From Rubritalea sp. (GTDB taxonomy: Bacteria; Verrucomicrobiota; Verrucomicrobiia; Verrucomicrobiales; Akkermansiaceae): a stretch of DNA of 64,000 bases. Position numbers and translations under genes: made by a program. The notes under the pieces are model-generated. The model was given only the letters and a program-made list of their open reading frames with translations, was not told where the DNA came from and made no database searches. The DNA lies in the NCBI GenBank assembly GCA_965204255.1, contig CBDBEG010000052.1, forward strand, positions 256,225-320,224, written 5' to 3'. Positions 59,159 through 64,000 of the stretch are shown here, in pieces (the first letter of the stretch is position 1; the number at the start of each line of letters is the position of its first letter).

Positions 59159-59390
59159 CTATGATCGGCTGTAGTAACTACATCCGACCACCAGTGTCTC
59201 CCTCACTGGTTCCCACGAGTCGAATCCACTTGAATCACACTGCCTTTGTCGCTTCAGAACCTTAGCCCTGATGGAAACTGGCGACAAACTGCATGAACAT
59301 TCACTGCATGCGACATTGACTGCAAATCTTGGAAACACATCCTCCCCGAGGTCTTTAATATTCTGACTCCAAGTGCACTTTTGTGCAGCA
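59159..59390 (-). pseudogene. Gene C copy 6, 5'-truncated remnant (C-terminal ~76 codons)
   Basis: Homology to gene C ends at ...cacttttgtgcagca (59390). It is joined directly to agattgaacatgaaag, which lies ~0.5 kb upstream of the gene C ATG in other units. The start codon, signal peptide and TATA box are deleted. Confidence 0.85.
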
Positions 59391-59670
59391 AGATTGAACA
59401 TGAAAGGGTGTATAATGCTTGCTCTTGGGGGCAAAGAGATTAAGAAACATTCAGAATGTATATGGGAGGACTGACAGGGGTGCACAGTTCTTATCATTGA
59501 CTCAATTATGCACTTTATTGTTTATATTAGTGGCTGCATGATACTGGGCGGAGGTGTGGACATTTCATTTGAGATCTGTATAGCTATTGGTCACACTTGC
59601 AGAGAAGTTTTGGACTTAAATTAATATTGAGCTAATACTTTAGCAATTGATGTATTCAGTGTATGTGCAT

Positions 59671-62600
59671 AATGCACATTCATATATTTGAGCAAAATTA
59701 TACAAACTTATAGCTACCAACATTATATTGTGGGTATATTCTCCAAATTTTTTTGGTATATAGCTACAATGTAACTGCACAATATAGAGCGTATGGTATG
59801 TACACTTGCTTCCAGTCTCACCCATTTTTAAAAATTTCTGTGCATATAGCTGTTCTCAGGTGTCCAAAGTTTCACTAGCATGAGAGATCAATATATATTG
59901 ACTGCAAATCACTGCCTAGAAGTAGTATATGATTAATTAGTGTCATATCTTCTGCCTTTAGAGTCTAATAACTATAAGTAGTATAGGCATGTAGCTAGTG
60001 TAATGAGTGTGTGGCATGGTTGAGTTTACACACTATAGGTATTAGGTATTGGGGTGGTACTGACTTACAGTGTATAATATAGGAGAATGTAGAATATTGC
60101 AGGGGAAAGGGGTGCTGAAGCACCCGTTGTGGGGTGAGCAATAACAGCAATATTGCATGGCTAGCTAAAGCTACATCAGTGCATAGTTCCAGATCTGATA
60201 GGCCATGCATATAGCTGGCAGGAATTGTCATTCCTTATGGCCACAAGAATGACTGAAGCCTGTCAACTAATGAATGAGTTATGGATTCACCAGGAATCAC
60301 TCCATTTCATTCCATAGCTATACATACTATAAAAGTGAAACAGCTAGGTATCAATGCATTTTCATCATTCACATTCAGGAATTCAACAGGTACATACCTA
60401 TCCTACTAAATATTAATTCTACTACCAAGTAAGGTTTGCATATGGGTATTTTCAGTCAAACTGGGAACAGTGGGAAGAAGAACTGCTTCTTGTATATGAA
60501 GTTGAAAACAATGAAAGGGACCACATGTTTATGGACACTTGTAAGTAATTACGTTTTTCTTTTTTTTTTTTTCTATAAAAATTCTTGCATTAGTTGCAAA
60601 GGGTACACAATATAGCTGTACAATAGCTAATTTTGCATGTATGCCCAAAGGTTAGATTTAAAGGATGATACAGAAGTAGGTAAAGGTACATGTGCAGTAA
60701 ACTTATTCCAATTATGAATGGTACGGGGTACAAAGGAATTATTAAAGCTACTTGTATGTGCATGTGGACAAACAAAGAGATGGTGAGACTGTGACCTTGT
60801 GACTCTGGGAGTTTGCTCTACAAAAATGCCAGTGGGAAAGTGAAAGAGCCCTTGTACTATTTTAAACATGGTACATAAGTACAGGTATAATCTGCATTGC
60901 TGTAGTGTTGGTAGAAAGCACAACTGCAGTAGATCATTATAACTGCTGTTCCACTGCTTTGTACACATTCTTAAAGCAAATTTTTGCACACCCTCCAGGG
61001 AATTTATTTCTCCAGTCTTGTAGGTGTTCCAGACTTGACTTGCGTACTCAAGATGGGGATGAACAAGTGAGATGTACATCTGGAGTAGGCTCTCCGGGCT
61101 AGAACACTGATAGAAACGACGGTAAATCAGGCCTGTTAGCTTTCTTGCCTTACCACAGATTGATTGTATATGCTGTGACCATGATAGGTCTGATGACAAG
61201 AGGATCCCAAGATATTTGTAGGAGTTCACCTCTTGCAGTGGCTCACGACAGAGGTACAATGTTGGTGGGCAGACACCAGTTCGTTTTCTAGTCACCCGCA
61301 TGAAATTACACTTTTGAATGTTAAATTGTAAGTAATTAGCATCAACCCACTCTGATATCTTGTTGATATCTTCTTGCAAATGGGCATAGTCAGCACTGTT
61401 AGAAATGGGTCGGTAGAGCAGCATGTCATCCGCATATAAAGTTAGGTGACTGTTAGATGAGAGGGTAATAGATGTAATCCCATCGATGTATAACAGAAAT
61501 AACAGTGGCCCGAACACTGATCCTTGTGGGACGCCAGACAACACAGGGAGAGTGTTTGACGAACTGCCACCCACTACCACCTGCTGCTTCCTGTCAGAAA
61601 GGTAACTGTAAATCCATTTTACAAGTAACTGGTTGACTTGCAAATCCTCTAGCTTTCCTATCAGGGCACGGTGAGGAACTGAGTCGAATGCCTTCTTAAA
61701 GTCGAAAAACACTGCACCAACTTCACTTCCTGTTTCAAGTATTTCAAACCAATTATGAGTGGTGTCCAGTAGGGCAGTGATTGTGGACTTTCCACTCTGG
61801 AATCCCCACTGTGAAGCAAAAATTGGTTGTGTCACCATCAGATGTTGTAATACTAGGTTAGCGATGTGTTTCTCCAGAAGTTTGCTCAACACTGGCAATA
61901 GCGAAATTGGCCTGTAGTTAGTGGGATTTCCTTTGTCGCCAGATTTGGGAATGGGTACAATGTTGGATTGTTTCCACATTGTTGGGAAGCAGCCAGTGGA
62001 GATTGATTTGTTGAAGAGTTTAGTGACCGGGGTAACAATGCTTGTTGCAGTGGCTTTTAACATCCTACCAGAGATTTGATCCTGGCCGCTAGCTTTAGAA
62101 ACGTCAATATTTTGAAGAAGATCCAAAACATCATCCTCTGTGCATAAGAGATGTTCTTGGCTTCCCTCCAGCAAATGCAGGTGTTCTGCAGACTCATAGG
62201 GGCCAGACAAAGGAGGCAGTGATGTGTTGAAACAATTAGAGAAATGATTATTCAACATGTTTGCTTTGTCCAAGTCATTGTCAGCACATCTGTCACCTAA
62301 CTGCAGTGTGGGAATTGTTGATTGTTCTTTCCTGAGATACTTCATTGTCTTCCAAAATTGCTTTTTGTTTCCACTATTGATGTTTCTTGCAAAGAATGAC
62401 TGTTTGGAGTTTTTCAATATAGATGTAACTTTATTTCGCATTCTTTTGTATTTTCTCCACAGCTCAGTTGACCCTGATGACCTTGCTCTTCTGAATAAGC
62501 TGTTCCATTTTTGCATTGCATGTTTTAAGTTTTTTGATAACCATGGAAGATTTTTAATTATGTCTTGGTAGAGTGCACTTTGGGATACACTCATCCATGA

Positions 62601-64000
62601 TAGTCATGAAAGTGTCATCCCAGTTTTGTAGAGCTTGGTTTACATCAGGGCAGTCCAGCAGTTGATCCCAGTCGGCCTCGGCCAGTAATTCATTAGCTTT
62701 GTCAAAAGTCAGCATGGGAGTATTTCCATATTGTCCGTGCAGTTTGTTTGGTGGAGTTGGGTGGAAGCTTCCAGTTCCATTTAAGGAGAAGACCGTTATG
62801 GTCGGAGTTAGCAATGGGTGGTATAATTGAGCATTCCTTTAACTGTGCGGGGGTGGATAACAGTGCAATGTCAATTAAAGATTTCCTGCCACTGCTGGAG
62901 CTGTGTGTAGTACCTTGCACGACCTGCGTTAAGGAAAATAGTTGCATGAGGCTGGTGAGTATTCCTTTATATACACGACATACATGCACACACTTTTGCC
63001 TTTAGTATCTCTTTAATAAAGCCATCAAGTGCAAAAGTTGCACTGGAACTGCAGGTTTGGTCACAATTGATTAAACCTGTCCGTTGCATGGTCTCCCTCT
63101 GATTGTAGCCCATAAAGCTTTATATGTGTACAGTACCTCAAGTAGTGATTGCAGTGCAACTCAGCTTTTCATTCATGTTCAAATTAATTTTTTGGTATTT
63201 TTTCTGGTTGTCTGAGAATCAGCTAATAACTGTATAGCTATGATGAAAGCCTTTATACACTTGATTGATGAAATAACTGATCGACTGCCAAGTTAACATG
63301 TAAATGATGAGAAGTCATGCTTATTAGTACAAATCAACAATGTGTTTATTATGATTGTCTCTGATACTTCATAATCTCTTCATTAGCTTCATAGGTACTG
63401 CTGGCAGCAAGTAGAGGGTGTATGTATGCATATATGCATGCTGATTAGTTGCAACTTCATTGAGTAAAACTAGTCTTATGCCCAGACTCAACTCTCCCGT
63501 GAGGAAAAACAGTCTTGTGATCCAAGTCAACTTCCTTGGGCTAGTGTGTAGCTATAGTGTAACCTGGAAAAGTCCAAACCTCTTTGCACCACACTCACTC
63601 AAACACTGTTTGGATACCCAACTTGAGATGCAAAGCTCATTGCTGCATGTAAGGAAAGAGCTACAGAACATTTAATAATTTCTCAAATCCAATGGCCCAA
63701 GAAATTTGACTTTGTCCAGCAGATTGGTTTCTTGCTGGGAGGCACATGTGGGCTGGGCATGAGACGAGAGTAAAACGTACCAGCTGAAAAAACCAACTGA
63801 ATATCAAATTGAAAAGTCAAGATACTCTCTGAACAGTTCTGTTTCAAAATTCATTCATAGTGAGAAGGGTTTTGACAATCTATAGGGAACCACCTAATAT
63901 TCTATAGAGAGTCCTCTGAAATGTTAATTGTTCTATTCAGCATAATGATTCACACCTAACAAACTTCATAAATGATGTGCTCTGGATTCCATCATGAATG
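59671..64000. repeat. Partial tandem unit U7 (upstream part only, with LINE insertion)
   Basis: Collinear with 50160-52030 of U6 apart from the LINE at 60556-62966. The window ends before the gene A TATA box. Confidence 0.85.
60556..62966 (-). mobile_element. 5'-truncated non-LTR retrotransposon (end of APE endonuclease plus RT, CR1/L2/Jockey-like)
   Basis: A T-rich tail lies at 60554-60572. The 655-aa ORF has FFDFKKAFDSVPH, LYADDMLLY, YKYLGI and LVHPHLEYASQVWN. An upstream frame has ANSDHNGL, an endonuclease C-terminal SDH motif. It is private to U7 and inserted between attacgtt and atatacacga. Confidence 0.9.

Larger units (their letters stand above)
50160..59670. repeat. Tandem macro-repeat unit U6 (diverged; A6-D6a-D6b-B6, truncated C6)
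   Basis: Same gene order as other units. It has an internal ~1-kb duplication of D, two private insertions and a gene C truncated by deletion. Confidence 0.85.

Overview
This window is eukaryotic (metazoan-type) nuclear DNA, not a prokaryotic locus. It has TATA-box promoters about 90-120 bp upstream of intronless ORFs for secreted proteins. It also carries 5'-truncated non-LTR retrotransposons with poly(A) or microsatellite tails, a hAT-like MITE and a minisatellite. The whole 64 kb is about 6.8 head-to-tail copies (U1-U7) of a ~9.3-kb segmental unit. Each unit holds the same module. It has three paralogous Cys-rich genes: A (+, 228-229 aa), B (+, 217-218 aa, with an RRKR pro-peptide site) and C (-, 223 aa, convergent with B). 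Between A and B sits D, a decayed A-derived locus made of the gene A signal-peptide region followed by an internally amplified 82-129-bp repeat. By motif order, A, B and C look like IL-17-family cystine-knot cytokines, and B also has a neurotrophin/Spaetzle-like prepro layout. I could not run an HMM or database search, so that family call is an inference. Four A copies (U1-U4) are almost identical, and differences between them in the mature region are nearly all synonymous. U5-U7 are more diverged and structurally rearranged. Variant patterns shared between non-adjacent units suggest gene conversion or unequal crossing-over. Unit-private events include four minus-strand LINE fragments. One LINE replaces most of gene C in U2 and leaves an in-frame signal-peptide/RT chimera. 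Another sits exactly in the TATA box of gene B in U5 and carries a ~25-copy 60-bp minisatellite. Other private events are a 371-bp foldback MITE with a target-site duplication and an empty site in the next unit, a deletion-truncated gene C in U6, a ~1-kb duplication of D in U6, and G7 versus G23 homopolymer variation. No rRNA, tRNA or CRISPR features are supportable. The species cannot be determined from the sequence alone. All identities were judged by eye.
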